Shown here: positions 8,174-21,009 of the stretch, one piece after another | Numbering within the stretch: the first letter of the stretch is position 1 | Layout: each line of letters starts with the position of its first letter | Assembly: GCA_018672235.1 (NCBI GenBank) | Contig: JABHGE010000001.1 | Location: forward strand, 1-26,529 | From: Fidelibacterota bacterium | GTDB lineage: Bacteria > Fidelibacterota > Marinisomatia > Marinisomatales > Marinisomataceae | Length of the DNA stretch: 26,529 bases | Direction of reading: 5' to 3' | Notes under the pieces: generated by a model | Seen by the model: only the letters and a program-made list of their open reading frames with translations | Databases searched by the model: none | Told to the model about the DNA's origin: nothing | Translations under genes and position numbers: made by a program

Positions 8174-10525
8174 ATGAGTATTGAAATTAAAAAATGTGCA
8201 GTATTAGGCGCAGGAGTAATGGGAGCACAAATTGCAGGGCATATAGCCAATGCAGGGATACCATCTTTATTATTTGATATGAATGAAGATCTTGCACAAA
8301 GAGGAGTAGACGGATTAACAAAATTAAAGCCTGCACCTCTTTTTTCTCCTAGCAATGCTTCTCTTGTGATGCCATGTACATATGAAAATGATATGGAAAA
8401 GTTGAAAGATTGTGATTTAATTATTGAGGCAGTGGCCGAAAAGATTGAAATCAAACATGCAGTATATAAAAATTTACTACCATATTTAAAAAAAGGTGCT
8501 ATTCTTGCATCAAATACGTCAGGAATTCCTTTAGCAAATTTAGTAGAAGTTCTTCCTGAGGATGTTCAAAAAAGTTTCTTAATTGCACACTTTTTTAACC
8601 CTCCAAGATATTTGAAATTATTAGAGTTGGTAAAAGGGGAAAAAACATCAGATGATGTTTATGATACAGTCACTGAGTTTGGCGAAACTACATTAGGTAA
8701 AGGTATTGTGCATGCAAAAGATACGCCTGGATTTATTGGTAATAGATTAGTGAATGCTGGAGGACCTTTAACATATCATAAAGCTATAGAAATGGGCCTT
8801 ACCGTTGAAGACGTGGATGCACTTTCAGGTGCTCTTGTTGGAAATGCAAAAAGTGCATATTTTAGAACCCAAGACATCGTTGGTTTGGATACGGCACTGA
8901 ATGTCCAAAATAATATGTTTGATAGAGTTACTACCGAATCAGAAGAAGAAAGACAAAAGTTTAAAGCTCCTGACATGCTTGTTAAGCTTGTAGAAGAAGG
9001 TAGGCTTGGTCAAAAAAGCGGATCTGGTTGGTATAAAAAAGAAGGTAAGGAAATCTTATCACTTGACTTGGATACAATGGAATATACTCCAACTAAGAAA
9101 AGAATGTTTGATACTATTAGAGTTGGAAGACCTATCAAAGACCTTAAAAAGAGATTAGCTGCAATTACATATTTGGATGATATTGGAGCAAAATTTCTAT
9201 GGGAAGTCAATGCTCCAATGTTTACCTATACAGCAGAACTAATTCCTGAAATTGCTGATAGTATTGTTGAAATTGACAATGCTATGAGATGGGGTTTTGC
9301 GAGAGAAATTGGTATTTTTGATTCATGGGATGCAATTGGCGTTGAAAAATCTGTTAATAAAATGAAATCAGAAAATAGAAAAGTTCCTACATGGGTTGAA
9401 GAAATGTTAGCAGCTGGAAGAAAGTCATTTTATGAAATCAAAAATGGAGAAATGACATATTGGTGTCCCGTAGAAAAGAAACCTCTTATATATAAACAAA
9501 ATAAGAAGGCTCTTAATCTGAATTTGTATAAGAATACAAAAAATACTCTAAAACGTGACTGGAGTGCAAGTATACATGATATTGGTGATGGCGTATTAAA
9601 TGTAGAATTTCATTCTATTTTTGTGCCAGCAGTTAATCCTCTTGATCGCTCTATGAATGATATTATGAAGCATGCTTTAGATTTACTAGAAACAGGTAAA
9701 TATAAAGGATTAGTTGTTGGTCATCAGGGAAAAAATTGGTGCGCTGGAGCTAATGTTAACGATTTTAAAATGGCAATCGATTCTGGAAATTTACAAGTAA
9801 TGGATGCTGGCGTTAAAGAGATGCAAGAAGTTACTCAACGTATTAGACACTCTAAATATCCCGTGGTTACTTGTCCTTTTAATTTAGCTCTTGGAGGAGG
9901 ATTTGAATTTTATGCATGCTCTTCCCATACAGTCGCTTCAGGCGAGCTTTATGCAGGTTTAGTAGAAGCAATCCAAGGACTGATTCCTGGTGCAGGTGGA
10001 CATTTAAGAGTATTACTCAATCTATTAGAAAATAATGATGCTAAAAATGTAAATATGAATATTGGACGTCAAGCTATTCAGCTTATTAATCCAATGACAG
10101 TATCAAGAAGCGCAACGGATGCTTTGAAAAAAGGTTGGTTGCGTAAGAGTGATACTATTGTAATGAACTCTGAACATTTATTAGCTATCGGCAAAAGTAA
10201 AGTTCTGGAAATGAGTGATGCTGGATATGAACCACCAAAATATAGAGATGATTTAACATTACCAGGCATGACTTTGAGAACTATGGCAGCTGTTGGAGCG
10301 AAAGCGATGAAAGCCCAAGGAAAAATCTCTGATCATGATGAATTAGTAAATTCAAAATCAGCATATGTTTTAAGTGGCGGTAAAAAAGGAGGCTTAATGT
10401 CTAAGGTGGATGAACAGCATGTATTAGATATTGAAAGAGAATGCTTTATGTCTCTAGCTGGAGAACCTAAAACGCAGGCTCGTATTGCTCACTTCTTGAA
10501 GACAGGAAAACCCTTAAGAAATTAA
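8174..10525 (+). CDS. fadN: 3-hydroxyacyl-CoA dehydrogenase / enoyl-CoA hydratase (FadN-type, dehydrogenase N-terminal)
   Basis: GAGVMG Rossmann fold, EAVAE, SNTSG, HFFNPPRYLKLLE and PGFIGNR. C-terminal crotonase motifs CAGAN, LGGGFE and GLVE..GLIPGAGG. Ends in the family-typical TGKPLRN. Confidence 0.9.
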   Translation: MSIEIKKCAVLGAGVMGAQIAGHIANAGIPSLLFDMNEDLAQRGVDGLTKLKPAPLFSPSNASLVMPCTYENDMEKLKDCDLIIEAVAEKIEIKHAVYKNLLPYLKKGAILASNTSGIPLANLVEVLPEDVQKSFLIAHFFNPPRYLKLLELVKGEKTSDDVYDTVTEFGETTLGKGIVHAKDTPGFIGNRLVNAGGPLTYHKAIEMGLTVEDVDALSGALVGNAKSAYFRTQDIVGLDTALNVQNNMFDRVTTESEEERQKFKAPDMLVKLVEEGRLGQKSGSGWYKKEGKEILSLDLDTMEYTPTKKRMFDTIRVGRPIKDLKKRLAAITYLDDIGAKFLWEVNAPMFTYTAELIPEIADSIVEIDNAMRWGFAREIGIFDSWDAIGVEKSVNKMKSENRKVPTWVEEMLAAGRKSFYEIKNGEMTYWCPVEKKPLIYKQNKKALNLNLYKNTKNTLKRDWSASIHDIGDGVLNVEFHSIFVPAVNPLDRSMNDIMKHALDLLETGKYKGLVVGHQGKNWCAGANVNDFKMAIDSGNLQVMDAGVKEMQEVTQRIRHSKYPVVTCPFNLALGGGFEFYACSSHTVASGELYAGLVEAIQGLIPGAGGHLRVLLNLLENNDAKNVNMNIGRQAIQLINPMTVSRSATDALKKGWLRKSDTIVMNSEHLLAIGKSKVLEMSDAGYEPPKYRDDLTLPGMTLRTMAAVGAKAMKAQGKISDHDELVNSKSAYVLSGGKKGGLMSKVDEQHVLDIERECFMSLAGEPKTQARIAHFLKTGKPLRN

Positions 10526-10529
10526 AAGC

Positions 10530-10570
10530 ATCTTTTTATTTTTCTAGTAGATAAATAAGATTTTATTTTT
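10530..10570 (+). terminator. Possible weak AT-rich intrinsic terminator after fadN
   Basis: Imperfect stem TTATTT.TCT-agt-AGA.AAATAA followed by TTTTATTTTT. Almost no GC pairs. Confidence 0.25.
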
Positions 10571-10642
10571 AAAACAGAGTTGATAGCCGTAAATTCCTCA
10601 CCATATTCTATTAAAAGAATATGTTTAATTTGGAGAGTAATT

Positions 10643-11074
10643 ATGGCAAAATGGTGCAAAAAAACATTCATTGAACATATCAATCAAAGTTGTGAAAATG
10701 ATGTAGCTATTAACTGTCTACAGTTAATAGATTTTTCTGAAAAAAATTCTGATGAAATTACATGGGGTACTGGAGATGGTTGTGGTACAATGACATTTAG
10801 ATGTCATTCTGATTACGGAGTCTTACCTTTATTTCGACTATCTTCTAATGGGAAGATTAATCTGCAATTAAATTTTCTAAGAGGTAAAAATTTACATAGA
10901 CAAATCCTACAAGATATGGTTGTAAAGCTTGAGTCTAATTTTTTAAGACAATATGATCAAGAATCTTATCCATCTGATTCTTATGAAGAGCTAGAAGATC
11001 TAATTTGTACACAAAATCAACTAGATACGTTTATTAAAACTATCGAAGGTTGTATTTATAGGTTAAAACAATAA
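10643..11074 (+). CDS. Hypothetical protein (143 aa, 7 Cys)
   Basis: ATG 10643 with GGAG at 10632-10635. Fills the gap and its stop lies 1 bp before the tig ATG. No family recognised with confidence. Confidence 0.8.
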   Translation: MAKWCKKTFIEHINQSCENDVAINCLQLIDFSEKNSDEITWGTGDGCGTMTFRCHSDYGVLPLFRLSSNGKINLQLNFLRGKNLHRQILQDMVVKLESNFLRQYDQESYPSDSYEELEDLICTQNQLDTFIKTIEGCIYRLKQ

Positions 11075-11075
11075 A

Positions 11076-12362
11076 ATGAATTTAAAAATTAAATCTAAAA
11101 AAGTTAATGAGTTCACCTATGAACTATCGATTGTAGCGAAATGGAAAGATATCCAGGCTGATTTTGAGTTATGTAAAAAGAAAATAGCAAAAGATATTAA
11201 GGTACCAGGTTTTCGCAAAGGAAAAATTCCAGATCATATATTAATGTCACAATATTTAGGGCAGATTGAAATGAACTTTGTCCAAGATTTTTCAGAAAAA
11301 TACTACATTTTAGCCTTACAAAAAGAAGAACTTAATCCTATTAATCAAGCTGCATTAAAAGATATCGATTTTGAATACGAAAAAGATTTTTCTTTTAAAT
11401 CTGAATTTGAAATAGAGCCACCCCTATCGGTTCCAAAGCTTAAAAAAAATATGGTGACAGTAGAGAAGACAAATTTTATATCTAATCAAAAAGAAATAGA
11501 GGATACTGTCAATAATATATTGAATTCTCAAAGCAAGACTGAAAAAATTGAAGAAAGTTCTGCAGAAGGAGATTTTATGATTGCTTCTTTTCAAGAAGTT
11601 GATGAAGCTGGTATAGCTATTATTGGTAAAAAAGAAAAAAAATATATCGCTATAGGTCAAGAACCATTCACCAATAACAACAAAGAACTTTTGCTGAATA
11701 AAAAAATTGGAGATACGGTTAAAATGAATGTTGACTTAGGTTCTGGTTCAAAAGACTACAGTATTGCTATCGAATCTATGCAGAGAAGAGTTCCTCCGAA
11801 ATTAAATGAAGAATTTGTAAAAACAATGGATCCAAATTGTAAAAGCGTTGAAGAATGGAAGAGTAATATTGAAAAAAGTATTAGTTTAGAATATGAGAAA
11901 AAATCAGAAGAGCTATTCAATTCAGCTATTATCGACCAATTCATAAAACTTGTTGATCCAATCTTACCATTATCTATGCTGGATTCGTATCTTGCAAACA
12001 TTGTAAAAGAAGTTAAAACCAATGAAAATATGCAAAATGTTGAAGACGATAAAATCAAAGAAGAATATAAATTGTTTGCAGAAAATAATTTGAAATGGTA
12101 TCTATTAAGAAAAGCTATGATCAAAGATTTAAATATATCTATCAATGAAAAAGCAGTAGATAATTTTATCAAAGAAGCCATTGAAAAAAATGATAGTCAA
12201 AAAGCTGAAATTGAAAGATTCTATAAGAAAGAGTCTAATAAATCAAAATTAGCAGACGATTTATTGGATCAGCAAATACTAGATATGCTAAAAGAGCATT
12301 CTAAAGTTAAAGAGAAAGACACTAATACAGCAGATCTTCATGCTGGACATAATCATCCGTAA
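11076..12362 (+). CDS. tig: Trigger factor
   Basis: Ribosome-binding signature VPGFRKGKIP, 428 aa, FEIEP, PKLNEEFVK and a helical C-terminal domain. Confidence 0.92.
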   Translation: MNLKIKSKKVNEFTYELSIVAKWKDIQADFELCKKKIAKDIKVPGFRKGKIPDHILMSQYLGQIEMNFVQDFSEKYYILALQKEELNPINQAALKDIDFEYEKDFSFKSEFEIEPPLSVPKLKKNMVTVEKTNFISNQKEIEDTVNNILNSQSKTEKIEESSAEGDFMIASFQEVDEAGIAIIGKKEKKYIAIGQEPFTNNNKELLLNKKIGDTVKMNVDLGSGSKDYSIAIESMQRRVPPKLNEEFVKTMDPNCKSVEEWKSNIEKSISLEYEKKSEELFNSAIIDQFIKLVDPILPLSMLDSYLANIVKEVKTNENMQNVEDDKIKEEYKLFAENNLKWYLLRKAMIKDLNISINEKAVDNFIKEAIEKNDSQKAEIERFYKKESNKSKLADDLLDQQILDMLKEHSKVKEKDTNTADLHAGHNHP

Positions 12363-12367
12363 CTATT

Positions 12368-13588
12368 ATGGGGAATCTTAGCGGTCTTATAGGAATTTTT
12401 ACATTACTATTTATTGCATTTCTATTATCTGAAAATAAAAAAAATATTAATATAAAGACTGTTGCTCTCGGGCTAGGATTACAATTTATTTTTGCAGTCT
12501 TTATTCTTAAAACCCCTTTCGGAACTCCAATTTTTAGCTTTCTAGATAAAGCAATAACAACCTTAATTAGTTTTTCTGATGCAGGTGCTAATTTTTTATT
12601 TACATCATATGTAGATGGAGTAGGATTCCATCCCGGTTTAATTAATTTTGCCTTTAAAACTTTACCAACAATCATTTTCTTTTCAAGCCTAGTATCAGTT
12701 CTATATCATTTTGGTATTATACAAATACTAGTAAAGTTTATAGCTCGTGCTATGCAAAAAACAATGGGTACTAGTGGATCTGAAACATTGAGCGTTGCTG
12801 GTAATATATTTCTGGGACAAACAGAGTCTCCTTTGATGGTAAGGCCATTTATCGACAAAATGACTAAATCAGAATTGATGGCTGTTATGACAGGAGGATT
12901 TGCAACTGTTTCTGGTGGAGTATTAGCAATTTATGTATCTTGGTTATCAAATATTCCAGGTATTGCTGGCCATTTATTAGCAGCTTCTGTTATGTCGGCT
13001 CCAGCAGCACTTGTTATAGCTAAAATTATATACCCTGAAACAGAAGTATCTGACACTATGGGCGATCTTAATATCGATATCAAACAATCACATACAAATG
13101 GTATGGAAGCGTTGAGTACGGGCGCCACAGACGGCTTAAAACTAGCAGCAAATATTGCGGCTATGTTAATTGCCTTTATATCCTTTGTAGCAATGATCAA
13201 TTTCTTTCTCGCCTTTTTAGGTACATCAATGGAAGCTATCTTTGGATTTATATTTCGACCTCTCGCATGGACAATGGGAGTTCCTTGGAACGAAGCTCAA
13301 ATAGTAGGTATGTTAATGGGTAAAAAAATTGTTTTAACTGAGCTAATTGCTTATGGAGATTTACAAAGAATCATATCAGATGGAATGATATCTGAGCGTA
13401 CTGCCATTATTTCTACATATGCTTTATGTGGATTTTCAAACTTTGGATCAGTAGGTATTCAATTAGGGGGTATTGGAGCAATGGCACCAAACCGTAAAAA
13501 AGATCTCGCAAAACTAGTCACAAAAGCTATGTTTGGTGGAGCATTAGCCTCCTGGTTAACTGCTACAATTGCAGGTCTTTTAATCTAG
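12368..13588 (+). CDS. nupC: Concentrative nucleoside transporter (CNT/NupC family)
   Basis: FAFKTLPTIIFFSSL, NIFLGQTESPL, MTGGFATVSG, HLLAASVMSAP, ELIAY and YALCGFSNFGS motifs. Confidence 0.93.
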   Translation: MGNLSGLIGIFTLLFIAFLLSENKKNINIKTVALGLGLQFIFAVFILKTPFGTPIFSFLDKAITTLISFSDAGANFLFTSYVDGVGFHPGLINFAFKTLPTIIFFSSLVSVLYHFGIIQILVKFIARAMQKTMGTSGSETLSVAGNIFLGQTESPLMVRPFIDKMTKSELMAVMTGGFATVSGGVLAIYVSWLSNIPGIAGHLLAASVMSAPAALVIAKIIYPETEVSDTMGDLNIDIKQSHTNGMEALSTGATDGLKLAANIAAMLIAFISFVAMINFFLAFLGTSMEAIFGFIFRPLAWTMGVPWNEAQIVGMLMGKKIVLTELIAYGDLQRIISDGMISERTAIISTYALCGFSNFGSVGIQLGGIGAMAPNRKKDLAKLVTKAMFGGALASWLTATIAGLLI

Positions 13589-13619
13589 TCATTAAAAAAA
13601 GATTATATTTTTAAACTTT

Positions 13620-13683
13620 TTGTTTGGTTATCGGTATAAACCGTTATAATTTGCGTGGCTTTTGCATCAACAAAATGCAAAAG
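13620..13683 (+). promoter_or_regulatory. Putative rRNA operon promoter and leader hairpin
   Basis: Perfect TATAAT at 13645-13650 followed by a GC-richer discriminator (TTGCGTGGC). The -35 is ambiguous (TTGTTT or TTGGTT). Hairpin CTTTTGCAT..ATGCAAAAG at 13659-13683. Confidence 0.55.
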
Positions 13684-13695
13684 AATTTTTTTAGT

Positions 13696-13708
13696 TATTT
13701 GAAAATTT
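13696..13708 (+). promoter_or_regulatory. boxA-like antitermination element (rrn leader)
   Basis: TATTTGAAAATTT, repeated at 12/13 identity at 15638-15650 after tRNA-Ala. These are the two canonical boxA positions. Confidence 0.6.
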
Positions 13709-13741
13709 ACTATGTAAACCTTTGTCTTTTAATCCTGTAGT
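13709..13741 (+). repeat. 5' arm of 16S processing stem (pairs with 15399-15432)
   Basis: ACTATGTAAACCTTTGTCTTTTAATCCTGTAGT is a near-perfect reverse complement of ACTATAGAATTAATAGACAACAGGTTTACATAGT. Confidence 0.85.
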
Positions 13742-13766
13742 CGATATACGAACAAACTTAAACAAT

Positions 13767-15328
<1,562 letters not shown>

Positions 15329-15398
15329 AAGGAGTAATCTTCTTTATTTTAATAAAGTAAGATATGGTCGAAATCCGAATCTATGATTTGGATTTTAA

Positions 15399-15432
15399 AC
15401 TATAGAATTAATAGACAACAGGTTTACATAGT
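15399..15432 (+). repeat. 3' arm of 16S processing stem
   Basis: Reverse complement of 13709-13741. Confidence 0.85.
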
Positions 15433-15456
15433 GTTTTATTTAGAGTTTATATAAAG

Positions 15457-15533
15457 GGGCTTATAGCTCAGCTGGTTAGAGCGCATCTCTGATAAGGATG
15501 AGGTCCGTGGTTCGAGTCCACGTAGGCCCACCA
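15457..15533 (+). tRNA. tRNA-Ile (GAT)
   Basis: Acceptor GGGCTTA/TAGGCCC, anticodon arm CATCT-CTGATAA-GGATG, T loop TTCGAGT, encoded CCA. Confidence 0.98.
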
Positions 15534-15546
15534 ATTAAAAAAAATT

Positions 15547-15619
15547 GGGGCTGTAGCTCAGTTGGGAGAGCAATTCCCTTGCACGGAATAGGTCGCAGGT
15601 TCAATCCCTGTCAGCTCCA
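15547..15619 (+). tRNA. tRNA-Ala (TGC)
   Basis: Acceptor GGGGCTG/CAGCTCC with G3:U70, anticodon arm ATTCC-CTTGCAC-GGAAT, T loop TTCAATC. CCA is not encoded (followed by CAA). Confidence 0.97.
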
Positions 15620-15637
15620 CAAAATTTAGATTTTAGA

Positions 15638-15650
15638 TATTTGACAATTT
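15638..15650 (+). promoter_or_regulatory. boxA-like element (ITS copy)
   Basis: TATTTGACAATTT, 12/13 identical to the leader element. Confidence 0.6.
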
Positions 15651-15862
15651 GGAAATTTAACGCGGGTAACAGAGTTATGCTTTATATTTTTATAACTCTG
15701 CTACAAACAACTGTGTCATAGCTATTTATGATTTTAATCCTGTAGCTGTGATACAAATCAATTGTATTGATCAAATTCTAATTCCGAATGGGGTAACCCA
15801 TTTTTTGATCAATATTTGTATTAGTTAGAATAGTTTTCAATTATTCTAGTTAATGCTGAATC

Positions 15863-15891
15863 ATTAAAACACTCAAGTCATATAAGAACTT

Positions 15892-15900
<9 letters not shown>
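15863..15900 (+). repeat. 5' arm of 23S processing stem (pairs with about 18884-18920)
   Basis: ATTAAAACAC..CAAGTCATA..TGAAAAAAGC is complementary to GCTTTTCTCA..TATGACTTGTGTTTTAAT. Confidence 0.8.
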
Positions 15901-18891
<2,991 letters not shown>

Positions 18892-18957
18892 CAATAGTTT
18901 TTTATGACTTGTGTTTTAATAGTTCTGATAAAATCGCGATTAAATTTCCATAAAGCT

Positions 18958-19076
<119 letters not shown>

Positions 19077-19112
19077 TTTATTTTTTCTTTATATTTGTAT
19101 ATTACATCTAAT

Positions 19113-19538
19113 ATGCAGTCAACAAAATCATTCAAATCAACTTCACCAGAAGAGACATTTTCTTTTGCAAAGAATTTTGCTCATTCAACAGCATACGGAT
19201 TTGTAGTCTTACTAAGAGGAGATCTAGGTTCTGGAAAAACTACTTTTTCGAAAGGATTTTCTGAAGGATTAGGTTTTGATGATATTATTTTATCTCCAAC
19301 TTACCCAATTTTAAATGAATACTCACTCAACGATAAATACCTCTATCATTTTGACTTATATCGATTAAAATCAATAGGTGAATTTTTAGAAATTGGAGGA
19401 TTGGAATACTTAAGTAATCATAAAGCTATTACATTAATAGAATGGCCAGAATTAATTCAAAATATTGACATGAACAATAAGGTTGAAATACAATTTGAAC
19501 ATTTGTCAGACAACGAAAGACTAATTACGATACTATGA
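19113..19538 (+). CDS. tsaE: tRNA threonylcarbamoyladenosine biosynthesis ATPase TsaE
   Basis: GDLGSGKTTF, SPTY, YHFDLYRL and IEWPE. Start is ATG 19113 because the longer ORF overlaps the 5S rRNA. Confidence 0.95.
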   Translation: MQSTKSFKSTSPEETFSFAKNFAHSTAYGFVVLLRGDLGSGKTTFSKGFSEGLGFDDIILSPTYPILNEYSLNDKYLYHFDLYRLKSIGEFLEIGGLEYLSNHKAITLIEWPELIQNIDMNNKVEIQFEHLSDNERLITIL

Positions 19539-20188
19539 TACATATTTTAGGAATTGAATCATCTTCAAAACAATGTAGCGTCGCTATTAATTTTGATAAA
19601 GATATCCATGAATCATGTTCGATAGTTAATAACGATAGCGTAACTAGTTTACCTATTATGGCACAAGAAATGATAAATAAACTATCGTTAGCATTTAAAG
19701 ACTTAGATGGAATTGCAGTATCAATGGGTCCAGGGTCATTCACTGGACTTAGAATTGGATTAAGTTATGCTAAAGGATTAGCGCTTGCATTAAATGTGCC
19801 TATTATTCCAATATCTACGTTTGACTTAATAGTACTGCCTAGAGCAAAAGATCTAAAGGAAGAATTGGTGACCGTTGTTATACATTCACATGGTAATACA
19901 GTATATCAATCAAGGTATATATTGAAAAATGATTCTTATGTTTCAGAAGAAGATCCTACTTCGATATCTATTGAAGAGTTATCATCAAAAAATTATGGAA
20001 TGATATTGTATCATGGTCCAGAGCATTTAATGGGCAATATTAAGACTACATCTCCAAACATTATCGCTGCTATACCCTCTGCAAGAGATATAATAGAGAT
20101 AGGAATGAAAAATTTTGATTTGTTAAAAACAAAATCTATTAACAACTTAGTACCTAACTATATAGGATCGTTTAATACAGGTAAATAA
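19535..20188 (+). CDS. tsaB: t6A biosynthesis protein TsaB
   Basis: ILGIESS, AVSMGPGSFTGLRIG, AKGLA and C-terminal LVPNY. ATGA overlap with tsaE. Confidence 0.93.
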   Translation: MIHILGIESSSKQCSVAINFDKDIHESCSIVNNDSVTSLPIMAQEMINKLSLAFKDLDGIAVSMGPGSFTGLRIGLSYAKGLALALNVPIIPISTFDLIVLPRAKDLKEELVTVVIHSHGNTVYQSRYILKNDSYVSEEDPTSISIEELSSKNYGMILYHGPEHLMGNIKTTSPNIIAAIPSARDIIEIGMKNFDLLKTKSINNLVPNYIGSFNTGK

Positions 20189-21009
20189 TGAACTGGTTTA
20201 CAAGAAAAGATAAAAATATTCAAGATTCGACCAAGAAAGAATTGCCGAGCGATCTATGGCAAAAATGTAATTGCGGTGAAATCCTTTATAGTCCAGAGTT
20301 AGAATCTGAAAATTTTATTTGCCATCACTGTAGTTTTCACTTTCCAATTTCTAGTCAAAAGTATATTGATATCATTCTTGATGATGAGCATGAAGTTTTA
20401 TTCGAAAATATTTCATCAACAGATATGTTAAACTTTAAAGCCAATAAAGCATATGAAGATATTTTAAAAAATACTCCAGAAAATAAAGAGGCAGTAGGTT
20501 GTTATTATGGATCAATTAATAGTAAAAAAATTGTGATTTCAATTATGGATTTCAAGTTTATAGGTGGAAGTATGGGGAGTGCTGTCGGTGAAAAAATTTC
20601 CAAAGCTATCAATTTTGCATCAGAAAAAAATTGCCCTCTAGTTATTGTGTGTCAATCTGGTGGTGCTAGAATGCAAGAAGGGGCCCTGTCGCTTATGCAA
20701 CTAGCTAAAATAAGCACCCATTTAGCAAAATTTTCAAAAAAAGGAGGCCTTTATATCTCAATTCTTACCTATCCTACTACGGGAGGAGTTACTGCAAGTT
20801 TTGGAATGCAAGCTGATATTACTATAGCAGAGCCTAAAGCATTAATTGGATTTGCTGGTCAGCGTGTTATCAAGCAAACTACCAGCCAAGAATTACCAGA
20901 TAATTTTCAGACTGCAGAATTTTTATTAGAAAAAGGATTTATAGATTTGGTAGTGGATAGAAATAATTTAAAGGATAAATTAGATAACATATTATCTATC
21001 TTAAAATGA
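20188..21009 (+). CDS. accD: Acetyl-CoA carboxylase carboxyltransferase beta subunit
   Basis: MNWF start, Cys zinc ribbon, [39 protein letters not shown] and [14 protein letters not shown]. Confidence 0.96.
   Translation: MNWFTRKDKNIQDSTKKELPSDLWQKCNCGEILYSPELESENFICHHCSFHFPISSQKYIDIILDDEHEVLFENISSTDMLNFKANKAYEDILKNTPENKEAVGCYYGSINSKKIVISIMDFKFIGGSMGSAVGEKISKAINFASEKNCPLVIVCQSGGARMQEGALSLMQLAKISTHLAKFSKKGGLYISILTYPTTGGVTASFGMQADITIAEPKALIGFAGQRVIKQTTSQELPDNFQTAEFLLEKGFIDLVVDRNNLKDKLDNILSILK

Noticed and set aside
10579..10606. sigma32-like GTTGATA-N13-CACCATAT upstream of hyp-tig
   Set aside because: Mismatches in both boxes, RpoH is essentially proteobacterial, and a sigma70-type reading fits equally well.
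784..13200. Short overlapping or antisense ORFs (784, 3385, 3734, 6713, 6962, 8155, 8776, 9010, 10078, 11424, 11756, 12322, 12931)
   Set aside because: Shadows of well-supported genes with no motifs or independent signals.
13632..13643. CGGT-ATAA-ACCG inverted repeat in the rrn promoter as a second TetR site
   Set aside because: The arms are only 4 bp and in the opposite orientation to ACCGA-N4-TCGGT.
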